A DNA stretch of 64,000 nucleotides from Cyanidioschyzon merolae (Eukaryota). Below, in pieces: positions 1-10,186 of the stretch (positions are counted from its first letter, which is position 1; every line of letters begins with the position of its first letter). The notes below the pieces were generated by a model that was given only the letters and a program-made list of their open reading frames with translations, ran no database searches and was not told where the DNA came from. Location: the NCBI GenBank assembly GCA_000091205.1, contig AP006493.2; one strand, 5' to 3'. The translations under genes and the position numbers were made by a program.

Positions 1-239
1 GTTGTATTGTTCCAAGAGTGTCTGCTTTGAGCAGCAGCGATGGCAGCTATACCGTTGGTGCGGATGCAGCACGGAGACAGAACGGCGTTGCCATACCACT
101 GCGGGCGTCGGCTCGAGGCGTGGTTTAATCGACACGGGGTCGGAGTACATGACAAGTCTGGGAGCCAGGAAGCTGCACATACAGGCGTGCTATCTGCGGG
201 TGCGCGAAGCGATTTGCTGGGAGATAACTGCAGCATGGG

Positions 240-2945
240 CTGCGCCCGGACGCAGCCTAACTGCTCCGAGTCCCAGAATAAACAGCATTGCGGATGCGTT
301 GCTCAGATATCACTACAATGCCTGCCACTGGGGGAAGCATGAAGCATTAGTCTGGGAGACTCGTCCGGCACGCTGGACCTTACTCTATTACGGAAACTTT
401 TCCCCTTTTAACGTTGATCGTAGCGAAGAAAAGAAATTTTTATATCATTGCTTGGTAATGGTGGGTCTCTGCTCTTTGTTCTATGTAGCGCGCTCGATAC
501 GCGCATCTCCATATCTGGCAGGTATGGAACACGACGTGCATCTCGCTGCTAAAAGAGGAACGAGATCCTGACCGTTCGTGTGTAGCTCTAGCTTCCAAGT
601 TGTACGGGGGTTCAAGTCATAGCTGATTATATTCTTTCGATTCAATTGTGTTTCAACCCTCAAGCAAGTATGTTCAAGTGATTTTCCACGGTTTGCATCG
701 GACGCGTATGAAATGAGATCGTTTTCAAAACAAAAAAGGAAGGAAATGGGAATTGAAGCGGAGGATCCCGGAGGCGCATTGTCACCGGCTGGCGGAAAAA
801 AAACGAAAAACAGAGCCCAACGTAGAGACATAAGACAAGACGAAGAAGCAGAAGGCAGAGGCACGACGCCAAAGGCCGCAAGAAAGACGACAGTACGACG
901 AGATGGTGGTGAAAGCCGGTCTTCTTAAACATACCAAGGATCCGTACAAAAAAAGTTGCAAGAGGGCATCGGAAACCGTGTCGCAACCTACTCCACCAGT
1001 GTTTTTAAGGCTTCTCCAGGAATTATGCATTTCATGAGGGAGATGTATCGCGACGTGACGGACATCAACACAGTTGAGGTTCCCGAAGAATCGTTCGACA
1101 CGACCCTTATTCGCCACCTGACGCTTAGCATAGGGGAAACGTCGAGGAGAAATGAGCGAGTAAATGACCTCCACGAATATCACGCCGAATACCGCTTCAA
1201 CGATACTCGATGCAATGGTGACGCGGATATTTACGAATACAGTGCGATGACGTACCTCACGAGTCTGGAGAACAATATGATCATGATCTTGGAACGTTTC
1301 AAGTTATGCTCCTTCTTTGCGCTGTGTCCGGGCCATTCTCGCAAAGGGATATGGAGCATCATCAATCGCGCCACGAATGATTGTAGGAATCAACAGGAGA
1401 TCGAATTCGTTGACAAGAAGGCATCACGTAGGAGTAGGAATGAAGCTTCTGTGATCCGCGCGGCCATTCAAGAGCACCGTGCGGTCTTCGGGCTGCTCAA
1501 TCCGGAAGAAAAGTTATCAGAGATGAAAAAGAGGATGTTATCCACTCATTCTACGGTATTTCGTCTACCTGAACCGAGAACTCGAACGCAAGGCGGAGAT
1601 GGAGCTGGGTATGCGGAAAAATGCAGAGTCGTAGAAACGAAAGGCTGCGCTTCTGGGGAAGCGCTTCGATTTCGTTACGATATGCAACAGCAAGTCACAT
1701 TTTGTGGCAATCAACTCCAGCGTCCTTCATGGCATCATGAGCGAGATCTGTCCGGAGTTCAATGTCAGGAAGACAGAGATCATCGGCGTAAAACCGGGAC
1801 ACGTACAGGAAGAATATCTTCGAGTTCAAACGTCTCGAAATGAGCAAGCAAAAAGTATTTACTGGGATGATCAGAACCGATGGAGTATCCATATGTGCTC
1901 AGTATCCGCGCCTGAGGACGGATCGTCCTATTGTGTCTTTGATATCGCCCTCGGCGAAGCGTGAAGAAAACAACCACGGGGATCCTGTGACGCAGGAGGT
2001 GCAGGAGAACGACTTTGTCGTTGGCGCTGACCCCGGCAACACGAATATCGTCACAATCGCAGTACCCAAGAGTGCGGAAGATGGCATTGACGGCATCTTG
2101 CGTCAGAAAAACATGCATCTTTTAAAGTTCTCGATAGCGAGATACTATCGGGAATCGGGAATAATGAAAGCGAGGAAACAAAATAAGAAATGAAATTCAG
2201 GAATGAAGGCGCACCTGGAAGCGATCAGCAAAGTGACTTGCCGTGGAGCGAGCTTTCGATCCGTCCTGGAGTTCATGGAAGCTCGCGTTGCTCGTGACGA
2301 GTAGCTTTGAAAAGAGTATACAAAGCCCAGGTGGGCTCGTCAGTGTACGAACCTGCACTCTGGGAAACAGCGCGCATTCGCCGAATTGTTCACTGAGTTG
2401 AGCGCCCTCGAGGACCACTAGAGTCAGCGGCTCGTACTAGCATACCGTGCAGGGCGCTGGGCGTCCGAAAAGGGGACATATAAGCCCCATCGACAAGAGC
2501 GTACAGGAAGTTCGCTCGCAGTTTTTTCACGATACCGATACATGAGTTCCGAATATCGTATGTGCACCACGAGCTAATGTGCACACTTCAAAGGGTCGAG
2601 ATGGAAATCTCCCAGCGGATCCCGGAGGATATAGAACAGTATGGAGCGCTGGAGGAACAGCAAATGGAAAGAAGGGCGCAAGTTCGAGGACTCCTTGCAT
2701 TGGTGAGTACAATGAACGCGAAGAAACAGATGGAGTTCGTAAACCGGGACTTGAGCGCCGCCATCAATATCAGGAGACGTACCGTGCTGGACAAGAGACC
2801 CGCGGCGCTGACGCAAGCCAACCTTGTAGGGCAGCCCCTCAAGGTCGAATCACATAAAGACAAGTTGAAACCAGCAGTAGGTGGCCGGTCCAAAACGACT
2901 GAGAGGCGTCTGCACGTGGGCGTAGGGATATCCACGCTATCGGCG
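240..2945 (+). mobile_element. Fanzor/TnpB-like (OMEGA-family RuvC nuclease) element, copy A, degenerate; left boundary uncertain and may run off the window start
   Basis: Aligns by eye in long blocks to 51610-54542 and 32290-33761. Shares their non-coding leader, a K/R-rich NLS-like N-terminus, and RuvC-I/II/III-like motifs in TnpB order. Right boundary set by three-way alignment ending ...tatcggcg at 2945, after which all three copies diverge. Confidence 0.55.
746..2910 (+). pseudogene. Fanzor/TnpB-like RNA-guided endonuclease gene relic, broken by frameshifts and in-frame stops
   Basis: ORF fragments 713-928, 956-1843, 1704-1964, 1840-2193, 2203-2304 and 2562-2999 are co-linear with copy B. 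RuvC-I-like [16 protein letters not shown] at 2008-2055. Helix [20 protein letters not shown] with a candidate RuvC-II Glu. LEAISKVTCRGASFRSVLEFMEA resembles TnpB L-A-K-x-I-S-D-A-G-W-G-E-F-x-x-x-L-E-Y-K-A. Decayed zinc ribbon YRISYVHHELMC. RuvC-III FVNRDLSAAINIRR at 2736-2777. A 1-nt insertion relative to copy B near 1790 and stops at 929, 1632, 2191 and 2302. Confidence 0.55.
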
Positions 2946-3549
2946 TTATGTAGGTACGCATGTATGCCTGGTTTGCCGGCGGCATCGATGCTCTGGTAAT
3001 CTTCCAGGAACGCAGCTTCTAACCAAATGCCCCCTGGTGCGAACATGCCAGCGATAAGCGCGGGAGAGGGTTTACATCCTCGCGATACGCACATACATCC
3101 CATGCGTTTGGGTCTAGTCTTCGCCTCAAAAACAGATGCTTGATCGATACAATGCATCCCCGCGTATTGCGCCTCCAGCTGACACCCTCCGGGGACTGGG
3201 CGCTCGGACGATGCGTTTCTCGGGGCATCATCGCGAGAAATGCGCATCATTGCTGGACGCTGCGTCCGATCTGGTAATGCATGCGTGCCGACGCACCTGT
3301 TTACCCGTCGTCGCATGCGTGCACGCATGCGCCTCGCGGGAAAGAATGACACGCACGCAAGTGCACGCATCAACCCGAGCGTCTCGATGCGTTGTCTCTC
3401 TCTGGAATGACGCAGCGTCGTGTAGCGGCCCTGATGACATCGGCGCAGGGTACGCTGCTTGCACGCTACAGATATAGCAGACTACGCACAGAGACTGAAC
3501 AGTAGTCTTTACGAAGCAGACGAACGTACGATCCTCTGCGCCCCGCCGC

Positions 3550-6294
3550 ATGTCCCGTCTGGTCACAGGTAGTTCTCGCTCGTTGCGCACGCTTTCGAAG
3601 AGGAGCGGTACGTTCGCTTCACGCTCGACTCGGTTGACGTCAACCAACACGACCCGATCGCTTGTGCTTGCTGGAGTGCTCATCCAGGACAAGGGAAGGC
3701 GTGTCGGTGTGGCTGCATGCTTCGTCGATGCCTGTCGGGTCGAGCTGCGTCAGTTCACCGACAACTACGCATACGACCGCCTGGCTGTGGGCCTGGAGGT
3801 GCTGGACCCGTCAGAACTGGTGGTGCCTGATGGAATAGCGCTTTCCATTCTGGCGCCGATACTCCAGCGTGATCAAGGGGTCGCGACTACCAGCATATCG
3901 GGCGACGGCAGCGGTACAGTGCATGCGGACTCTCGTCGCGCTGTGCCGATCCCTCGACGATTATTCAACGAGCAAATCGGTCTGGAACTTATGGAACGAT
4001 TCGCCGTGGACGCAGCCGCGATACGTCTAAGCGCGTCACAGCCCGAGCGTGACCTCGCAACGGCAGCATGTGCCGCAGTGTTGCAGTATCTCGAGCACCG
4101 CGGAGAGTTGAGTTTTCGACCAAGGGCCGTTCAATTCGTGTTCACGAATTGTGAGGACGCGCTTTTCATGGACTCATGCACCGTGCATTGCTTGGAACTG
4201 GTGGAGCGCGGCGACTCGGAAAGCGGCACCGACGCAGACATATCTCTACAGCGTACGCTGCGTTTCACGCAGACCGCCGAGGGCGCGCGCGCCCTGCGAC
4301 GCGCGATCCTCGAACCACCCGCGAATCGGACCGTCATCGAGGAGCGCCTGGATGCCCTAGATTTCATGCTCAGCAATGATGCGATTTACTACGAGCTTAA
4401 AGAGGCGCTTCGACAGACGCCCTCGGTCGAAAGAACGATCGCGCAGATTTTCCATATCTATCCGCGAGCACGGGAATCGTTGGGCATGCAGGCGCAGTCC
4501 CATATTCGGGATGCGCGCGTTCATGGGGCGCAATCCATCGACCATGTCGTCGACTTCCGCTTTGTGCGTAGCGTCTGGCAACTGAGACGGGCACTCGACA
4601 GCCTCTTTCGCATACGCGAAGCGCTCGATGTGTTCCTGGAAGAGCGCTCGACCCAGACCGGTACAAGGACCTTACCAGTACTTCTGGAATGGTGCCGGAA
4701 CGTTGCCCGTCTCACTGCACTGACCGATTTGCACCATGAGCTGGGGCGCTGTCTCGCCTCTACGACAGAAGTAGAGCTCGAGCTCGGTTCAACCGAGCGA
4801 AATCGCTTGCATATTGCTTTTGCCCTGCGCGCTGGCGCCAATCCATTGCTCGACGCTGCGCGTCGTGCGCTGTCCGACACCGTATCGAGCGTACATCACC
4901 TCGCTGAGGCCACCAAGGGTCAGTTGCGATGCCCTCGTCTGCATGTCGCGTACAGCACGCTGCGCGGATACCACTTTGTTTTGCCTTTGCGAGACGCTGT
5001 GCAGCAATCGCTTACTCGCACGGAGATCGGCGGCGTTCTCTTACGGTATCCGGTACGTTCAGGAAAAAAACTCCTGTTCACAACCGATGCGCTGATTCGT
5101 TTGAACATGCAGTACCAGGAGACGCTGGCAGAAATCTGGCATTTGAGCAGCAAAGAACTTTCCAAGCTGGCGGAAATGGCAACGAGCACCGCTTCAGCGC
5201 ACGCGATCCACGAGTTTTGTGATTGCGTGGCTGCACTGGACGTCACCCTCGCGCTGGCGACATGTATTCGACGAGCGCGCGACCGCAGTTCGTGTCCGTG
5301 GGTGCGACCACAATTCCCCGACACCAATGTCATGGCCATGAAGGATGGACGCCATTTGCTCCTGTCCCATCTGTACGAGGCACAGCGGCGCGATCCACCA
5401 AGACCGAACGATGTCTATATAGATGACGCTCATAACGTGATGCTTCTCTTCGGTGCAAACGCGTCGGGCAAGTCCGTGTACATGAGACAGACAGCGCTCA
5501 TTGTGGTGCTCGCCCAGATGGGGTGCTTCGTACCAGCTGCTTTCGCCTCCATGCCTGTCTACAGCGTGCTTCTGGTGCGGAGTCGCTCTGATGACGCTCT
5601 GGAACATAATCTCTCCTCGTTTGCCATGGAGATGCGGGAAATCACAAGCGCGCTTCACTACATTGACGGAGAGGCGCTCTCCAGCGCATTAAATCCGTTA
5701 GACCAGGAGCGCCGCATTCACAAACTTGTCTTATTCGATGAAGTCGGACGCTCGACCGGCTCGCTTGATGGCAAATCCATCGCCTGGGCGATGCTCGAGT
5801 ACCTTTCTGATACGACCGCACATATCATCTTTGCCACACACTTCAGCGAGCTTGCGCGGACGCAAACGTACCTTCCTAACGTCCATGTGATGCACCTACA
5901 GTCACGAGTGGAGAATGGCACGCTCTATCATGATTACAAGCTTGTAGAGGGTGCGCCAGCGTCTTCTCGTTACGGGGCCGAAGTTGCTGCCCAAGCCGGA
6001 CTCCCCAGCGCTGTGGTCACACGCGCGTTGCAGTTTCGCGGAGTGTTCAGCGGAGATGCCTCCACCTCAACAACGACACCTACAGCAACAGATACTGGAA
6101 ATCAAGGATTCCTGAGTATCGACGACGAAACTTGGGCCCATTGCAGATGGTATACCAAAGCCAACACCCTACTCCAGCGACTTGTCATGCTCTCGTACGT
6201 GGCCACTTCACCTGAAGACCAGTGCGCAGGCGTAGCCGAACTGGCTTCGGTGTTCGCGGACTTGTTCGAGACGCCAACAGCGGTTACTCGCTAG
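3550..6294 (+). CDS. MutS homolog without an N-terminal mismatch-binding domain (MSH4/MSH5-type meiotic MutS); low-complexity S/R/T-rich N-terminus, so the true start may lie downstream
   Basis: Uninterrupted 914-codon frame. MutS domain V: Walker A LLFGANASGKSVYMRQTALIVVLAQMGCFVPA, SFAMEM, Walker B LVLFDEVGRSTGSLDGKSIAWAMLEYL, IIFATHFSELA. No Smr or GIY-YIG domain. Confidence 0.8.
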   Translation: MSRLVTGSSRSLRTLSKRSGTFASRSTRLTSTNTTRSLVLAGVLIQDKGRRVGVAACFVDACRVELRQFTDNYAYDRLAVGLEVLDPSELVVPDGIALSILAPILQRDQGVATTSISGDGSGTVHADSRRAVPIPRRLFNEQIGLELMERFAVDAAAIRLSASQPERDLATAACAAVLQYLEHRGELSFRPRAVQFVFTNCEDALFMDSCTVHCLELVERGDSESGTDADISLQRTLRFTQTAEGARALRRAILEPPANRTVIEERLDALDFMLSNDAIYYELKEALRQTPSVERTIAQIFHIYPRARESLGMQAQSHIRDARVHGAQSIDHVVDFRFVRSVWQLRRALDSLFRIREALDVFLEERSTQTGTRTLPVLLEWCRNVARLTALTDLHHELGRCLASTTEVELELGSTERNRLHIAFALRAGANPLLDAARRALSDTVSSVHHLAEATKGQLRCPRLHVAYSTLRGYHFVLPLRDAVQQSLTRTEIGGVLLRYPVRSGKKLLFTTDALIRLNMQYQETLAEIWHLSSKELSKLAEMATSTASAHAIHEFCDCVAALDVTLALATCIRRARDRSSCPWVRPQFPDTNVMAMKDGRHLLLSHLYEAQRRDPPRPNDVYIDDAHNVMLLFGANASGKSVYMRQTALIVVLAQMGCFVPAAFASMPVYSVLLVRSRSDDALEHNLSSFAMEMREITSALHYIDGEALSSALNPLDQERRIHKLVLFDEVGRSTGSLDGKSIAWAMLEYLSDTTAHIIFATHFSELARTQTYLPNVHVMHLQSRVENGTLYHDYKLVEGAPASSRYGAEVAAQAGLPSAVVTRALQFRGVFSGDASTSTTTPTATDTGNQGFLSIDDETWAHCRWYTKANTLLQRLVMLSYVATSPEDQCAGVAELASVFADLFETPTAVTR

Positions 6295-6695
6295 CGCTCA
6301 CTCCCTTGTTGACTTGCTGTGTGGTGCTTGGCGCTATCACCTTTGTCCTCGAGCGGTAATTCAAAGCTTCGCTTTAACGCTTCCTCTAACGTACGTTGCG
6401 CAGTGTACACTTTGGCCTGTAAGTATAGAGATCCACCGTTCTTTGGATCGTTCAAGGTATAAAGTCGCCTCAGTCGCTCCGCTATGTGCTCTGGTGAGGT
6501 TCCTGGTGTGGCACCTACTATTCGGTACGCCTCCTCGACGGTCATGCGCCCACGTCGTACTGCGTTCGCTGCAGCAGACTGTGCCGCACCCGTGGACTGT
6601 GCGTTTGCAAGCGCTTGTCGGTATGCTTCGGCCAAGCCTCTGAGAAGAAACTGTCCACCATATATAATAAGCTGTGCAACTATTTTCGATGCCAT
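6291..6695 (-). CDS. PAM16/TIM16 (Magmas-like) mitochondrial import motor subunit with a J-like domain
   Basis: 134 aa. N-terminal MASKIVAQLIIYGGQFLLRGLAEAYRQA matches the Pam16 N-terminus; the C-terminal GGSLYLQAKVYTAQRTLEEAL matches the conserved Pam16 GGSFYLQSKV-R-ERL motif. Stop overlaps the MSH stop within CTAG at 6291-6294. Confidence 0.7.
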   Translation of the reverse strand: MASKIVAQLIIYGGQFLLRGLAEAYRQALANAQSTGAAQSAAANAVRRGRMTVEEAYRIVGATPGTSPEHIAERLRRLYTLNDPKNGGSLYLQAKVYTAQRTLEEALKRSFELPLEDKGDSAKHHTASQQGSER

Positions 6696-6855
6696 GCAAG
6701 CGTTTCCGATTCACCTTAGTAGCTGCCCAGCGGAACGCTGTCGCACAGGGCACCTTTGTGACGAACGGATAATGCGTCGGTGTCCAGTGCAGCGTCGGAC
6801 AGGCGCCCATCGAAGCATGCGATGCGTTAGCGTACTGCTCGCCGGCCGGCAAGAC

Positions 6856-7337
6856 GTTGTTGTCGGGAGCCGACAACCCGCAGGTCAGCGGAACATCGTT
6901 TAACGGCAATCATGAGGGGATGGAGTGGAGCGGGTTGTTGTCGGGAGCCGACAACCCGCAGGTCAGCGGAACATCGCTTAGCGGCAATCATGAGGGAATG
7001 GAGTGGAGAGACGTTGTTGTCGGGAGCCGACAACCCGCAGGTCAGCGGAACATCGTTTAACGGCAATCATGAGGGGATGGAGTGGAGCGGGTTGTTGTCG
7101 GGAGCCGACAACCCGCAGGTCAGCGGAACATCGCTTAGCGGCAATCATGAGGGAATGGAGTGGAGAGACGTTGTTGTCGGGAGCCGACAACCCGCAGGTC
7201 AGCGGAACATCGTTTAACGGCAATCATGAGGGGATGGAGTGGAGAGACGTTGTTGTCGGGAGCCGACAACCCGCAGGTCAGCGGAACATCGTTTAACGGC
7301 AATCATGAGGGGATGGAGTGGAGCGGGTTGTTTTCAG
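6856..7337. repeat. Tandem minisatellite, 78-79 bp unit, about 6.2 copies, two alternating unit variants
   Basis: Units start at 6856, 6934, 7013, 7091, 7170 and 7249. Each carries the perfect hairpin gttgtcgg-gag-ccgacaac. Variants differ at tcgtttaacgg/tcgcttagcgg and gagcgg/gagagac. Confidence 0.9.
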
Positions 7338-10186
7338 ATTAATGAGGTTTACGTTGTATATAGATTGGGCTGCACTCTAACGCTATCAATATAGGCCTTT
7401 TGTGGGATTTCTCTGCGACGGATAACCTGTCCGTACGCTAAACCTCCAGCATAAAATATGCGGATATCTGTTCTGCCTTCATCTCCATCTTCGCAAGCAG
7501 ATGAATACTGATGGCAGCGTTCGTGTCCCGATTGCGCCGCTTCCCGCCTTTGTCGACGCTATTCATGCAGAGGCGCAAGTTGCGATCCGAGCTTCGCTTG
7601 CAATTTTCACTGTCTTTCTATGCAGCCTCCAGACGCACTTCGCAACGTTCATGCACGAATGCAGACAGGTGTGCCAGCGAGTGTCCACAGCAGCTCCTCG
7701 TCTGGCGGTCGCTCTTCCTTGGATGACCGTTTGAATCATCGCTCGGTACCAGCCATTGGCGGTTGCAGGAGGCATCCTGCGATACGCTGCTCCAAATCCG
7801 TGTCCGGTGCGGTGCACGACCAGTGAGGGTTGCTTCCGACTGGTCTAACCCCGATAAGCACACCGCTCCATTCCACAGAGGATATATGGAACGCCTCGTG
7901 CTCCACGGGGAAACGTGCAGCTGGAGCGAAATCTACGACGGAGAACACTTGGAGAGATTTCGCTTCGCCTAACTCATTCTTGCACAAACCGGTGATGCAG
8001 TTTTCACTCGAAGGAATCTCTGCGATGACTGAAGACAGAGCCCAGCACTCTTGTCCATGCGAATACAAGCGACGGGAGCCTCTGCGAGCTAATCACGTGA
8101 GAGCTACGAGTGTACTGTCGAATTACGAACCCTCGTCGACGACTGCAACGCCTGGAGCATACGTCGTTCGAGCGGAATCGAGCATCGGACGTGAAGAGTT
8201 CAGTGTGGCTTCCGCACACGCTCGGGAACAAATCGTCAACGCGCGACATCGCGTACGTTACCTCAGCAGTCCAGCAGCGCGAATAGCTGCGCCCCAGTCC
8301 ACTCTTGCATCCGAAAAATCGAACACATGAACCGTGCGCGATGTGCGGACACCTCGCCAACGGAAAGCAGAAGCGTCGAGGCTCGTACCTCTGAGTCGCG
8401 TAATGATCTCACTTGTTGTACGAACCGTTGTTTGAGCGCGTCGCGTACGCCTTTGATTCCGATACCGTTGCGAGTTCCAGCGCCGATGCGTCGAAAGAGC
8501 CACGCTGATCAAGAGACACCCGAGAATCCCAAAACGAATCATGAAACCGGAATCCATGAATCCCGCACACGCAACGTCGAATCTATACACCTATGAAAAT
8601 GGTTCGGAAAATACATCGAAGTCGAGGAAGAATGGAAGCGGTTCAGTGTTCCATGTTGATTCAACATGCTCTAGAGACGAGCAATGTTAGCGCGGATGCC
8701 TGCATTGCGACGATGGCAGTTTCGGGTACCAGGTGCGCAGGAGCTAAACATAAGCGTGCTAGTCGGCGTGCGCTCCATGACCAGCGTGCAGGACACGAGC
8801 GCACGTTCACGCTCTAGTGGGTATCGCGTGACGTATGCCTAAAGTCTGAAGGCGCAGCGGGCACCGGGGCCGACGACCTCGTGCGGCACGCCCCATGTAT
8901 CCCGATGGATGCATACGAGAAGCCTTCGGTGCGCTCTGCAATTGGATGCAATAGCGTCCATTGAAACCGCAACTGCACCGAATGGCTACATCTTCGACAC
9001 CTTGTAAGGGTTTTTCGTCCAACGTCCCTGGAGACCGGATCGCATGCCGAGCGACACTTTGCATGGATAGAATACGATGCACGATCCATTGCTGCAAACT
9101 CGAGCAACCTCTTTTCTCGCACAGAGGCGCGTTCGGTCCCATGAATATCCGTTTTTCATTTCTTGAGAAGCATCGGATAGGTTCCCGTGCATGCTTTCAA
9201 CATGAAATCCTGTATTGTTTCTCTGATAATTTCTTCTCCGTCGAGTCTCATGTACTGAAATCCCAGTGTTGGGGAGTTCGTGCGCTTGCACTGCGAAGCA
9301 TGCAGTGACGCCATCGGTGCGTGGGCGTCACTCCGAATTCTTCTGAAAGACCCAAAAGTCTTATGGAGCGAATCATTGGTTCTCAGTGGAATCCTCGGAT
9401 ACCCAATTGCTATCGTTCATGAAAGATACGCGATTCTCCGCGATACCCAGTTGTGACGCCGTTCCGCCACCTCCAGTCAACAGGTTTCAAATCTGCCTAC
9501 AACAGAAGCCTTACCGCTGGCCGTTACAGTCCAGTTCGAACGTCCCAGACCAAACCGTCGCTTCCAAGGAGTACCATCCTCAAACAGTTCCCTATCGATC
9601 CGTAGTGTCCACATCAGCCTGGTGCGCGTACGTTTACGAGCCCTCACAGCCCGACTCGCGAGCACCAGCGCACGTTTGCAGCGAGCGCAGCACCGACCAC
9701 CTCAATAAACCCGAGTGGAGCAACTGCCACCGAGGCAGACTGCGTCGCACTGTTATCAAATATGCTTCAATGAAAAAGTATTCGTGGCCTTAACGTTGAC
9801 AAGTCGCGAAATTGACAGCCTCTGCGACTCCCGAGCACGTACCCGATATGCGCATCGCAGCCGAGCGCCACGCTGTGCCGATGGCAGCACACGCACCGCG
9901 CATCATCGCCGGCAGCGCGGGCACCAGATCGATCCCGCCGCACGGGCCGGTGGACGGTGCCACGCGGTGCATAGGAGATCGTGCAAGCTCGCATTCCACC
10001 TGATTGCAGCGGCGCGTGACACACCATCAGTACGATGGCCATCGCGCGCGACACATGTGTGTCACGTCCCCGTGATGACTGTATCGAGTGGCATCCCCGT
10101 GGGGTTGATGTCGCCGGGCCCTGCAGCCAGTACGTGGCGCACGTTGGATCGGGGTTTGTGGCGACGCGTGCATACGGCACGTCACG

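Noticed and set aside
1440-1640. Spliceosomal introns to explain the frame switches in the Fanzor-like copies (e.g. GTATTT at ~1555 with AG at 1634)
   Set aside because: The candidate donor and acceptor pairs are not conserved between copies A and B. Several frame changes are single-nucleotide indels inside otherwise conserved coding blocks with no GT in the vicinity.
2191-2193. Possibility that the in-frame TGA codons in the Fanzor-like genes are recoded (alternative genetic code) or shared ancestral stops
   Set aside because: Aligning A and B shows their stops and frameshifts fall at different aligned positions (B TGA at 53738 corresponds to A ATAATG; A TGA at 2191 corresponds to B CATGG). 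Host genes use TGA/TAA/TAG as stops normally. Independent decay is the simpler explanation.
2588-3373. 261-aa minus-strand ORF
   Set aside because: It is antisense to the Fanzor-like RuvC-III region and 3' tail of copy A and has no motifs. It is probably a GC-driven spurious ORF.
6827-7342. ORFs 6827-7066(-), 6857-7060(+), 6912-7217(+), 6978-7223(-), 7003-7296(+), 7160-7342(+), and a CRISPR-like reading of the array
   Set aside because: They lie entirely within the 78-bp tandem repeat. The 26-codon period creates in-frame repetitive ORFs on both strands. There are no unique spacers between repeats, and the context is eukaryotic, so this is a minisatellite, not CRISPR or coding.
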